Positions 50,077-62,238 of a stretch of 64,000 bases of DNA are shown in pieces; the first letter of the stretch is position 1, and the number at the start of each line of letters is the position of its first letter. The stretch comes from Camelus ferus. Its lineage: Eukaryota. Location: contig NC_045727.1 in the NCBI RefSeq assembly GCF_009834535.1, positions 17,732,001 through 17,796,000 of the forward strand, read 5' to 3'. Made by a program: the position numbers and the translations under genes. A model generated the notes under the pieces. The model was not told where the DNA came from. It saw nothing but the letters and a program-made list of their open reading frames with translations, and made no database searches.

Positions 50077-50144
50077 TGTTCACTGTTATGGTGCCCAAAG
50101 CTCCCCAATGTGGGTCCCCAGTCCCTGCACACAGCTGGAAACAC
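50077..50144 (-). other. CMKLR1: CMKLR1 non-coding 5' UTR exon (68 nt), immediately upstream of the coding exon
   Basis: Minus strand reads ttcttccctgcag|GTGTTTCCAGC...CATAACAGTGAACA|gtgagg; 666-nt intron to the acceptor at 49411. Resembles the recalled human penultimate exon (...CATAACGGTGAATG). Contains no ATG. Confidence 0.78.
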
Positions 50145-52770
50145 CTGCAGGGAAGAACGAGGAGGCAGAAGCCGGATCGAGGTCTAAGAACCAAGGGTTT
50201 GGGTGGACTCAGAGCCTGAGAGAGAATTCTACTATTATTACTCCCAGTTTATAGAGGAGGAAGCAGAGGCTCGGCGTGGCGCTCGGTGCGATGTGCCCGA
50301 GGTTACAGAGCTGGGAAGTGGTGGGGTCTCCTGAGTCCAGACCTAGAGCTAGACATGTCATCCCAACCCCCATCGCCCCCCACTCCCCCCAAGCACATCC
50401 TTAGGTGAAGCCTGATTCAGGGGTGGGTGCAGGGGAAGGTGCAGGAGAGAGAGTGTGGATGGCTCGATACAAATCCAGGGTGGGACCCAGAAAAAATCAC
50501 TTCAGGCAGTGTTGGCGACCCAGGGGACAGGAAGAAGAACTGCCCAGAGGACCTACTATGTGCCAAGAACTATAATTCCTTCATCTCATCTAGTCTCCCC
50601 AGGGCACAGAGAACTTAAGTCACTTGCCCAAGGTCACACAGGCAGGGGATATCACTCCTGTTTTGGAGCTGCGGAAACTGAGGCTCAGAGAGAGAAGCAC
50701 CATTCTTACCGGGGATTTTCTGGGCCCTGTGGGTACCAAGAATCGGATGCAGGCCCTGCTTTCACAACGGTCTGGTGGGGAGACAGACACAAATACATTC
50801 CTTGAGCACCTGCTGTAGGCCAGAGAGCGAAAATGGTACTTCACAGAGTCCCCATAACAAGCTTTTCCCAATTTATAGAAGAACAAACTGAGACTGGAGA
50901 ATGGGCAAGCTTGGGAGGTCTTGGAGGCGGTGGTCGTGAGCCTGGTTCCAACCCAGCCTTGGCCGCCTCCCAGCCCTGTGGTTTTGGACACGTGATTGCT
51001 CCACTCTGAGCCTCAGTTTCCTCATCAGTAAAATGAGAATACTCACTACTACGCAGAATGGATGTACAGATTACAGGCAATCAGGAACAGGGAGCATTTG
51101 GCTCGGGGCTGGCACATAGTAAACCTTCAATAAATATTCAGTGGTAACATTACAGCCCAGGGGTAGACAGCTGAATTCTGAGCTGGAAATTGAACCCAGG
51201 ACTCTGACACCCCAGGGCCCGTGCACTTTCCACCACCCAAGCTCTCCCCCTCTGACAGGTGGGCTCCAAACCAGATGTTTCAGCAAGACTGCCAAACGAT
51301 GCTCCATTATAAATAACTTCAGCTTTCCTCTGTATCAATTCATTACTGGTCCTTGTTGGGCTTGAGGTTGTATTTTATTGCATAGAAGTCATCTTTGCTA
51401 TGTATTAAATAAAAGCCACTTGGAAATTTCTGTTGAGGCCAGGGACTGAGAATTTAAACTTGGGTGTCACCCTACTCTGCAGCCTGGGAGGATGTTCCAG
51501 AGGTGCCCAACCATGGGTCCTCAAGGGCTTCGTGGGGAACCCGGAGAGAAGATGGGAAGGCTGTAGCTGCCCCCCCCCACTCCCATAAGTGGGAAAAATG
51601 ATGGGTGTTCATGATAATAATGTACGTGCTGAGCATAAGACACCAAGGGTGTGACTTTAATCCCAGGAGGGGCCACCCACGATGAAGACTTGCCCAAGGC
51701 ATCCAGGCAGGAGGTGGAGAGCCCACATGTGCACCAGGTCTGCAGAACCGAGGCTCCTGACCATTCCTCCACGCTGTCCCCAAAATCATCATCCGATGAC
51801 AGCCACGGAGTGCATCCTTGAGGAAGGAATGAGCGTGTCCACGGTCCCTGCGCCAGGCTGTGCAGGATCCAGGAATGAGGAGATGGCTTCCCCAGGGTTC
51901 CTTCCCACGGGGGCTCACAATCAGTGACAAGGGACAAGACAAAGGTGGTGCTGTGACAGGGCAAGGCCAGGATTCCCCCAAAGAGCCCCGAAGAGGGGCA
52001 TTCTCCAGCCTGGGCATCAGAGGCTTCCTGGGGCAGGCAGGATCTACAGCTGAGTTCTAAAGGTCAAGTGTGAGCTCAGACGGGAAGGCAGGAGGAAAAG
52101 GGGCATGCCAGGCCGTCTCCCTACCTACCGTGGGCCCCTCTTATTGGTTGATGTCTGAGCCCCCAGAGGAGGGTGAAGGGGAGCAGGGTCTCAGGACCCA
52201 GCACTTGGCAGCAGCGTCGGCAGAGAGTCGAGGGACACAGATAACGTCATGTCTGGCTCTCCCGCTGGGCTGGAAGCAGCCCAGGGTCAGAGGCCACATG
52301 TCTTTTCATTGTCGAGCAGGGTCTGGGGGGCAGAGTGTGGTGATGCCTGGCCTCGTCCCACCAGGAATGAGTCAGTGCTGGTGCACGTCCCTCCCCCTCC
52401 TGCCCCTTCCCTCCCGGTCCCTGAGCCCCTGGGATCTCCCTAAAGGGGGGCCTTAGTCACAGGTTTGCCCTCAGCGCACCTCCCTCCTGTCCTGAGAGCC
52501 CGTTTCTGCCCCCAGCCCAGGCGGTACAGCACAGTGGTCAAGGATACAGACCCAGCCAAGCTGCCAGTGTTCACATCCTCGTTCTGCATGAACTCCCTGT
52601 AACCTCAAGCCAGTCGATTATCTTCTCTGCACCTCAGCTGTCTTATCTATAAAATGGGTATGATCCAAAGGGTTTGAATGGTTGAGAGAATTAAGTCCTA
52701 AGAAGAAGTCCTGTTATGCGGTAAACACTATTCCTGTTATTTTATTATCATCATTTTTCCCCTCAGGCTA

Positions 52771-52890
52771 TTCTTTTTTTCTTTCTTTATTTTAATTTTT
52801 TTTTATCTTTTAAAGGCAGTACTGGGGATTGAACCCAGGACCTCGTTCACGCTAAGCAAACACTCTACCACTGAGCTATACCCTCTTCCC
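52771..52890 (-). mobile_element. Camelid tRNA-Ala-derived SINE in CMKLR1 intron
   Basis: gtactggggattgaacccaggacc...ctctaccactgagctataccctc with upstream T-rich tail; no clean TSD seen. Confidence 0.9.
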
Positions 52891-54512
52891 AGACTTCTAC
52901 CCTTAACTCCCTCCTAAAGGGAGGCTTCTCCCTCCTAACTCCCTCAGCCTGGGAAGGTGGGTGGGGCCAGGAAGGCCAGAGGACCAGTGCATCCTGCCCA
53001 CTGGTCTCCCCAGCTCTGGGTTCAAGAGAAGGTCAAGCGCGACACAGCGAGAATTTTGCTTCTGTAAGCTCCAGTCTCCTCACCTCTCCAGTGGGGGTAA
53101 GAACCCCTCCCTCGTCATTGGAAAGGTCATAAGAAATGACAATAACTCCTTTGCCAATTGTAAACAGCTATAAAGTTCTCATTGTTTGGATTCCTTAAGC
53201 CCTCTGTCACCAGGAAGCTTAAGAAAAAGGTATATAAACATAATATGTGTACACACACCCCTAACATTTATTTGAGCGCTCCCTGCATGCCATTGTACTC
53301 TGCAACAGCCTTACAAGGATATTGTGTGTTTGCAGGTAAGAAAACTGAGGCTCAGAGAGGTGAAGCGACTTGCCTGAAGCCACACAGCTGGGAGGTCTGA
53401 CTCCAGAGCCTGATGCCAAGAATCCCAAGTGAAGTCTCTTGGGTTCCCCCTGCTTCCCTGAGAGATTAGCAGGCCCGATCCCACCCCTCTGAGCCCTCTA
53501 AGCCTTAGCTTTGAACCCTGAAAGCCCAGACCTTCATCCAGTTCACAGTCATCCCATGGAGCTGCCTTTCCTGAGCCACTTTCCCTGGTGTCCCTTTGCC
53601 TTTCCTTCAAGGCACGTATAAGTGGCTACCACTAGGAAATCACACCTGTGGTGCTGTATGAGTCCAGGACATTGAGGCTACCCACTGGCTGTCTCAGGGT
53701 GCCCTTTATGAAATCCCCTGCCCAGTGAGAAATGCCCTGGAGAATTCAGGATAAGGAACAACATTGCTTCCCCTGAGAAACTGGGCTGCTTCCTCATACC
53801 TGATAAACCAGCTGAAAACGTTTCCCTTTTTGATGTGGCCACAAGGAAGCTCAGAGGCACCCTTGCAGGTCCAAGGCAGCAAGCCCGTTCATCCTGTTGT
53901 CTGCAGCATCTGCACTGGTTTTGGTTGGCTCTGATGTCTATATCTAGTTATATTTTCTGTTGGTTTTAGTTCCTTGTGATTAAAATAAAAATCGGGGCCG
54001 GGACATGATTAGACCCATTTTCAGTTGGGGACACCAAGGCACAGGGAGATGAAGTAAGCTCAGTGACGTATTTTGCAGCACTGTAGAACCTAAGGCCACT
54101 GTTGTTTTTGTTTCTGTCATTTTTGTTGTTAGCGGCGGTTCCGTCTATAACTAGCGCCCGCCAGGACTTTGTTGGTACCCAGTTCTGACCCCTCCTGCCT
54201 CCTTCCCCTCCAGTCCCCAGGCCTCTCCCTCTGATGCCGACCATGTCCTACCTGCTGCCCCACCCTGGGCCACCCCCTCACAAAAGTCCTGCTGGATAAC
54301 CCTGGCCAGCCCCCAGCTCAGTGCCTGGAGCAGGGGAAGCCCTTAATGAGCACGTACATTACTATTACTGACATCATAATTCCTTGGGCATTTACTATGT
54401 CACAGGTACAAGCGCATTAGCAATGTTGTCACAGACTGTCCCCAAGCAGCCCTGCAAGCGGGGTGGTATCCCCTTCCCCTGAGGCTTTAGAAACATAGAG
54501 CTGGATGCCCAC

Positions 54513-55032
54513 TGTTATCAGTCCGCTGGGGTTGCTGTAACGTAGGACCACGGACTGGGTGGAAAAACAGACATTTTTTTCCTCACAGTCCTGGAGGCTG
54601 GAAGTTTGAGATCAAGCTGTCGGCAGGGTGGGTTTCTCCTGAGGCCTCTCTCCTTGGCTTGCAGACGACCACCTTCTCCCTGTGTCTTCAGTTGGTTTGC
54701 CCTCTGCATGTGTCGGGATCCAAATAGCTTCTTCCCATGAGGACACCAGGCAGACTGGATTAGGGCCCACCCTAATGGCCTCATTTTATCCTTATCACCT
54801 CTTTAAAAAATCCTGTCTCCAAATACAGTCACATTCCAACGCACCGGGTGTACACCAGAAATTAACAGAACTGTTGTAAACTGACCATACTTCAACAACA
54901 AAAAAAAATTAGAATTTTTAAAGAGTAACAAAACAAACAAAAAAACCCAAAAAACAATACCGAAGTACTGGGGGTTAGGACGTCAACATACGCATTTAGA
55001 GGTGGGGGTGGACGCAATTCAGCACTACAACA
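54513..55032. mobile_element. MLT1-type MaLR solo LTR interrupted by an L1-tail insertion at 54838-54960
   Basis: Consensus ...aaatacagtcacattc|gaagtactgggggttagg... is split by 123 nt of L1 3'-end and A-rich sequence; 5-nt TSD cccac/cctac. Confidence 0.85.
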
Positions 55033-55228
55033 CCTACGCAGTTCTCATTATTATTTTAACTAAATGTCGATATTTGTTGTTCCTCCAGATCGCTCCCTCT
55101 ATCCTGGGGAGTCTTACCCCCAGCTCTCTGTCCCATGCCCTCACTGATGCTGGGGCCCAGGCCTTGTCCTTATAATGAGCCACACACACACAACATGCCC
55201 ACAAACAGAGATACACACACTGTGTGCT

Positions 55229-55256
55229 CACACACGTACAAGAACACACACACACA

Positions 55257-55289
<33 letters not shown>

Positions 55290-55290
55290 G
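55229..55290. repeat. (CA)n microsatellite
   Basis: cacacac runs, the longest at 55263-55290. Confidence 0.9.
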
Positions 55291-55687
55291 CCTGGCCTCC
55301 AGTGGAGGAAGAGATTTACAGTCCTCAAAACCAACAAACAATTGCCGTCCAGAATGTACCAGGAACTTCCTTCTGCAAATCCAGAAAGACAGCAATCCCA
55401 GCAGCAGAACAGGCTAATGATATAAACAGGTAATTTACAGGACAGAAACCTCCAAACTGAGGCATGAGACAAACTGAGGATCACAGGCTCTCAGACTGGG
55501 AAAAACTGATGATCACAGACAGCTGTGGGAAGTGTGGCAAGGACCAGAAAGATGGGATGGAGACCCCCTTGGGGCTGGCAGGGTGGGGGCAAGGGCTTCA
55601 TGCCACCCCGTGGGTACCCGTGAACCCCCGTGTGCCTCACAGTCCCGCAAGGAACCACTCTCTGGAATGACCGTGTTTCAGGAGCCA

Positions 55688-55990
55688 TGTCTTAGCTTGG
55701 GTTCTCCAGAAGAAAACCTCAAATAAGGATTCCTGCAAAGGTGATTTATTAAAGAAGTGTTCCAGGAAAACCCAGTCAGGGAGTGGGGAGACTGGCTTGG
55801 GAAAGGGAGGAGGTCGGACAAGGGGGCATCACCAGGCACAGTCTTGGGAAAGGTGGCCTTGGTTCCTGCCGGGGTCAGGAAACAATGGAGGTCACATTCC
55901 AGGAGGTTATTTATAACACTGCATCCCGTCCTGGGAGGGGTGCAGTCGCGGGCACTTCCAGCCCCTGAGGGCAGTCCTCTGACAAAGAGC
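55688..55990. mobile_element. Old ERVL-type LTR fragment (LTR16/LTR33-like)
   Basis: tgtcttagcttgggttctccagaagaaaacc...aaggattc...gatttattaaagaagtgttccaggaaaacccagtcagggagtggggag. A related relic lies at ~1795-2200. Confidence 0.5.
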
Positions 55991-58900
55991 CGCAGGTGCG
56001 GGCTGTCAGGAGTGAGAGCCCACGGGGAGGCTGTGCACAAAAACAGTCAAGGATCCAGAGGACTCAGGCCGCGCACAGATGGAAGCTGGAGGCTGCTGAC
56101 GTCCGCTGTGGGAGAGGGGCCGGGTAGCAGCCATGCAGCTGTTGGAAGAGACAGAGTAGCAAGCATACACACCACAGAGGAACGCAGAGCATCTTAAAAC
56201 CACCTACCTTAATAGCACATTAGTACACGCCGGAAACGTGCCTGCAAAAGCAGCAACATGCACAAAACAGTAACACACGTTGGGCAAGAACGGAGCCAAA
56301 TAACAAGATACACGCTGAACGGATTAGAACCGCTCCGTGGGAGCAGGGGCGGGAGGGAGAGCGAGAAGGAAACGGGGATAAAGGAAATGAATGCGGTGAA
56401 GAATAAAAATAAGACAAGTGTGGGGGCTTCCAGAGGCCTCTGATGCACAAGAGGACGGATGGAGGGGTATCATTATGTCAGGCCATCCTTTCCCTCCTGA
56501 GGTCCAGAAAACCCAATGCAAGCAAACGAGCACCCCAAATCCCTGCCTGGGGTTCATACTTGGGCAGTGGCTAGCCAATGGCCTGGGTCACTAGGTCCCT
56601 CATGAAGCCACACTGGGCAGGGGGAGGGCCCAACAAGCAGCCTTGGACCTGCCCATGGTCTTTAGAGCCCCGCTCCCCAACAGCCTCCTCCATCAGGCTG
56701 GTAATGAACTCGGACAAGCCCACAAAAGGAACGGTATCACTCCCGTCAGAGGCGGCCGTGCAGTGGCCAAGGCCTGATTCCTCCTGCCGGGGACCACATG
56801 GACCTGGCAGAAGATTCTATACAGATGCTCCTGCCCTGCCCATGGCCATGGCTGACCGCTGCTGGGGAAGGGGTCGGGGGCTCAAAGCCACATCTGGTTC
56901 CTCCCACCAGAGAGAGCAAAAACCTCAGGCAGAGGTTATTTGCTTAGTTTGTATTAAACAGACACGGATATAGCCCTCACCAAGTTCCAGGCACGGTTCT
57001 AAGCCCCGTTACAGATGAGGAAACTGGCCCAGAGAGGGTCAGTAAAGTGCCCAAAGTCACACAGATGGCTCAGGTAAGCAAGGCAGGCCCAGTCCGTCAT
57101 TCCAGACAGAGGAGGAAGCTCAGAGCCTACTGAACTGCCCAGCCCACGCTCATTCCTCGTCCACTGCCTCGCCTCCTTGGAACATTCCAGAATCCTAGGG
57201 GCATCGCCCCAGTGGAACCTCCCAAGACCCCCCACGAGATCAGGGTGTGCATTTTACAGATGGGGCAAGATGAGGCTTCAGGTCCCCTGGGGGTTTCCCC
57301 CAAGCAGCTCCGCCTCTAGTTGATGACCCTCTTGAGAAGGGATGTCCCATCCCAGGTGCTGCTGGGAAAAGCCCTTTGGAGGCGGGGCTCATTCGTGCAT
57401 CCATCCTTCCGGGATGTGCGCTGCTCCCTGGCCATGGTGAGGGGGCTGGGGTGCAGTGGGCACGGATCTCTGCACCTGGACCTCCTCGTAACCCTGCAAG
57501 GTCACTGTCATCTGTATCGATTTACCCAGGGGACATCTAAGGCCAGGGGGCTCAGGGGGAGCATCCCTTGCCTGCAGGTCACACAGTTGGTTAGTGGCCA
57601 TGCAGAGATTTGAACGCGGGTCCTTAGGCATCCAGGGCCCCACCTCCTCCAGTTGCCGCCTGCAGGCCTGTGTCCCCCCTGGGCTTGGGGAACAGCTGGG
57701 CTGAGAGGCATCTGGGCAGTAGACGTTGCCCTCTGCTTCCTCTCCGTGTCACTGCCACGCCCTCTGCCAGGGTCTGCAAAGGACTCACTCCCTTTCTGTG
57801 CATCTCTGCGTCTCTCCCTTCTTGCTCCTCCGTCAGCCTCTGTCTTGGTCTCTCTCCCTGTGTCCCTGCCTCTTTGTCTCTTGTCCCTCTTTCCTGTGCT
57901 AATCTCCCTCATCCTCTCTCTGTCTCCTGTTCCCTCCGTCTCCCCCGAACCTCGGCCCCGAGAGGCCCAGCCACCCCCTCACCTGCCAACATCACTCACC
58001 TGTGTGTCTAGAGGACTGAAGCCGCTAGCGGCCACTCTCTCTCCCAGCCCGCTGCTCCGGGCTGCTGCCTCCCCAGCCTTCCTCTGGCGGCAGGCCCCTG
58101 ACCGAGGACAGGGGCTTTATCGGGGCCCGTGGGCGTGGGAGCCCATCAGGGAAACTGGAAACTCTTCCCCCAGTGTTTGGCCTGGCTCCTGTCCCCATCT
58201 CCCACCTCCCTGACAGCCCACCCTGACAGTCTGGGCTGGGCGGCCCCGATGCCTCTCCTCCAGTTCTCCCAGCCTCCAAAAGGCTCTGAGGACCTGGGAG
58301 GCCCCTCAGAGGTCATCCCATTTTGTAGCTGGGGAAACTGAGGTCCAGGAGAGGGAGTGACCCTCCCTAAGGTGCAGAGAAATGGACCTTGGCCTGTCTG
58401 GTGTGTGACGATGTATACCAACTGCCTAGAAATCTGCCTGGCATCTGACACACCTTATGCCTCATCATTCAGTATCTTCATGGCATAGATTTGCAAATGA
58501 AACTTTGTCCAGAGAGGTCAAGTGACTTGCGCAGGCTCACACAGCCTTTAAGCATCAGCCCAGGACTTGAACCAAGGACTCTGTGACCCAAACACCTTGG
58601 CTATTTCTACTTGTCCAAGGTGGCAGCCTCAGCCAGCAGGGAAGATGTAATGGGGACTTCCGGGTACCACACTCCCCATCACCCATGTCCCTCCTTATCA
58701 GCATCCCCACCTCCCCCAGACCCAGTACCCTGGCCTGCTGCCACAGTTCCTTGGTGGTCCCATCCACCAGTCCCTCATCCTTCAGGGCAGAGAGAAGGGA
58801 CCTCCCAGCCCCCTCCAATGGCTCCAAGAGACACCTCGCGGGTCACCATCCCTGGATCCCCAGCTCTGAACGATGCAGGAACCTTGAAACCACACAGCAG

Positions 58901-59605
58901 CAGCAGATGTGGCCACCGCAGTCCTGGCTGCCAGCGCTGGGACGGAATTAGCTCTGTGTTGGGAGCAAATTTCCTCCCTGGTCTCACGCCCACACCAGGG
59001 AGCTCAGGCTGAGTCACCGCAGTGGGGACGGAAGGTTGCTGGCTGCCTAACAGGCTGTCCCATTTTCTTTTGGTTTGGATGGAGGCCGTGTTTGAGCTTG
59101 GGACCCTGCAGTGGTGGGCAAAAGTAGGGAGTTTATGCCCTTGGACCTGGAGAGCCCACTGGCTCAGAGGCCCTGGGAAACCTCCAGCAGCTGATGAGAG
59201 CACAGAAGCAGGGACCCCGAAAGTGTCCACTCCAGTGCCTGGCACCCCCCTGTTAGAAGGATGCCCCTCTTCCCCCCCCCCCCCAATGTGCTCTGTCTTC
59301 AAATTCCCCATCCCCTGCTCTGTGCCCTGCAGGCTGGGCTGTAGGAATGATATCATTAGGCTCCCTGCCCTCTGACCTCTAGTTGGGTTTATCAGTGGAG
59401 GTCCAGTGGGGCTGCAGGGCAGGAAGAGGGCAGGTCAGGTGTTTATCCTCCCAGCTCCCGCCCTGCAGGGTCTTCATGAGTTTAACCACAGCTACACAAC
59501 CTGGGTCCCAGTAACTGCTCCTCCCCTGGCCCCTCAGCTTAAGGGCAGGAAGGTACCTGGAGTACTGTCCACCCCTTCTAAGTCCTCATCAAGGCCCTAT
59601 TTGAC

Positions 59606-59745
59606 GGGGGGAGGGTATAGCTCAGTCGTAGAGCACGTGCTTACCATGCAGGAGGTCCTGGGTTCAATCCCCAGTACCTCCATATTAAAAAGAAAAAGTC
59701 TAAAATAAAAATTAGATAAAATATAAAAGCTTGTTTAAAAAAAAA
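59606..59745 (+). mobile_element. Camelid tRNA-Ala-derived SINE with extended A-rich tail, in CMKLR1 intron
   Basis: ggggggagggtatagctcagtcgtagag...ggttcaatccccagtacctcca; degenerate TSD aaggccctatttga / aagatcctttttga (11 of 14 match). Confidence 0.9.
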
Positions 59746-61337
59746 AAGATCCTTTTTGAGTAGGCCGTCTGTTTCCCACTAAGACCCCGACCCAGAACCC
59801 AGACTCTCCATGCCTCCCCTTCCATCACCCCCAAATCTGTCAGATCCTACCCACTGTTTCTACCCATAGTATAGATGACTGTGGTAGGCCCCCAACTCGC
59901 ATGTCACTTCAACTACGATTTCATTATCCACTTCGTTGCTGGAGCGATGGCTCCAAAATGCAAACCCCATCACAGCACTCCCCGCTTAATGAAACACAGC
60001 CCCCCGGGCAGCTCGCCCTTGGTCCTCAGAATAACACCATCTCCTTACCAACGTCCCGAAGGCCCAAGCAGTCTGGCCCCTGTCCACCCTAGGACTAGTC
60101 GAGGCTGGACCCCAGCCCCAGAGGGAATCCTGACCCAGCAGCGGGTTCCAGGGCCCAGGTAGAGGACGGAGGCTTCCTTGCAAACCCAGCCCCACTCTTT
60201 TACTGCAGACCCAGCAGCCCACCGAGGCCACAAAAGGCACCCCAGCAAGAATGTTTAGACAGACGTCTCTCCCTTCCAGGCTAGAAAGTCACTCTGGCCC
60301 CCAACGATGGATCCGATGCACAAATACTGGACGTCCTCCCGGCCACCCAGCTTACGTCCAAAGCCAACGAGCAAACAGCTCGGGCCTCTCCCCACCCCCT
60401 CCCCGGTAAACACTGCCCCAGCCCCTGGAGGTGGCCTGTAAACAAATTTTCTTCTCTGCTTATAACCCACTGGACTGGGAGGCCGGGTACCCCATTCGCT
60501 TAATCCCCTGAAGTCAGCCTTGAGTCCACACACGCAGATAACCCCTGAGCTGTGTACACAGCGTATCTGGAAGGCAGCAGGCACGGGGGTGTTTACGTGA
60601 GCCGCTCAGGATGTGGTCGGAGGAGGCCGCCAGTGGTGATGGCCGTCTCCCTCAGCCAGCAGCCAGCCACTGACAACGCACTCGGTGTCCCACTCGCAGG
60701 TGTGGGCTTGGAGCCCAGACTCTGAGTGGCTCTTGGGCGCCCCCTGAGAAGTCATTGCTCCAGCCCCTGTCCCCCTAAATCCAGGCCAGCACAGCCCAGC
60801 TTCAGCCCTGAGGGCCAGGCTGCATCTGATACCATCCCTGAGCATAATGGCTTCTCCTCCTGGCCCCTGGAGACACGTGGGAGGGGGCAGCCAAAGGAAC
60901 ATGCGTTCCCCATCACTAGTGCCCCCACCTGCTGCGGAAGAGAAGAGCAGAGAAGCTGAGAACCAGACTTGTCTGCTTCTGGAGCCCTTCTTTTGAACCC
61001 CTCCATCCCTCTGTGTTGCTCTGAGAACATTACCAGGCCCCTGAGAGTCTCACAAGAGCCTCAGGCCAAGTATAGGAGGACACAGCTTTGGCCCCTAGAA
61101 TGTCACAGTTAAATATTATTAATAATAATCCCCAAAATATTGATGTTTTATTGAGAAACTACTATGTGCACTGGGATGTTGAGAAGCACCTAACGTGTAT
61201 CACTGCACAAAAACCCAGGGGTGGAGGCCATTATGATGGCCATTTTAGAGATGAGGAAGCTGAGGCCAAAGAGGTTAAGAGTCTTGCCCAAGGTCACATG
61301 GCAGAGGTGGGATTTGAACCCAGATTAAGAATCCAGT

Positions 61338-62238
61338 ATTCCAGGAAAAGACGCTCGACATCGCTAATTATCAGAGAAATGCAAATCACAACTTTCAGTG
61401 AGGTACCACCTCACACTGCTCAGAATGGCCATCACTAAAATGTCCACAAATGACAAATGCTGGAGAGGGTGTGGAGAGAAGGNNNNNNNNNNNNNNNNNN
61501 NNNNNNNNNNNNNNNNNNNNNNNNNNNNNNNNNNNNNNNNNNNNNNNNNNNNNNNNNNNNNNNNNNNNNNNNNNNNNNNNNNNNNNNNNNNNNNNNNNNN
61601 NNNNNNNNNNNNNNNNNNNAACTCTAATTTGAAAAGACACANNNNNNNNNNNNNNNNNNNNNNNNNNNNNNNNNNNNNNNNNNNNNNNNNNNNNNNNNNN
61701 NNNNNNNNNNNNNNNNNNNNNNNNNNNNNNNNNNNNNNNNNNNNNNNNNNNNNNNNNNNNNNNNNNNNNNNNNNNNNNNNNNNNNNNNNNNNNNNNNNNN
61801 NNNNNNNNNNNNNNNNNNNNNNNNNNNNNNNNNNNNNNNNNNNNNNNNNNNNNNNGTGAAGTAATTCAGACAGAGAAAGACAAATACCATATGATATCAC
61901 TTATATGTGGAATCTAAAATATGACACAAGTGAACTTATTTACAAAACAGAAACAGACTCACAGAAAATGAACTTACGGTTACCAAAGGGGGAAAGGTAG
62001 TGGTGGAGAGATAAATTAGGAGTTCTGGGATTAGGAGATACAAACAACTATATATAAAATAAATAAACAACAAGGTCCCAGTGTATAGTACAGGGAACTA
62101 TATTCAATACCTTATAATAACCTATAATGGAAACAAATATGAAAAAGAATTTATATATGTATAACTAAATCACTGTGCTGCCCACCAGAAACTAATATTG
62201 TAAACCAACTATACCTCAATAAAAAAAAATTTTTTTCA
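61338..62238 (+). mobile_element. 5'-truncated LINE-1 (~900 nt including two N gaps) inserted into a MIR
   Basis: ORF2 remnant (IIREMQI..., [14 protein letters not shown]...DKCWRGCGE), complete 3' UTR and A tail; 11-nt TSD aagaatccagt at 61327-61337 and 62239-62249. Confidence 0.92.
61483..61855. other. Two assembly gaps (137 N at 61483-61619, 214 N at 61642-61855) around a 22-nt island of L1 sequence
   Basis: N runs inside the L1 copy. Confidence 1.
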
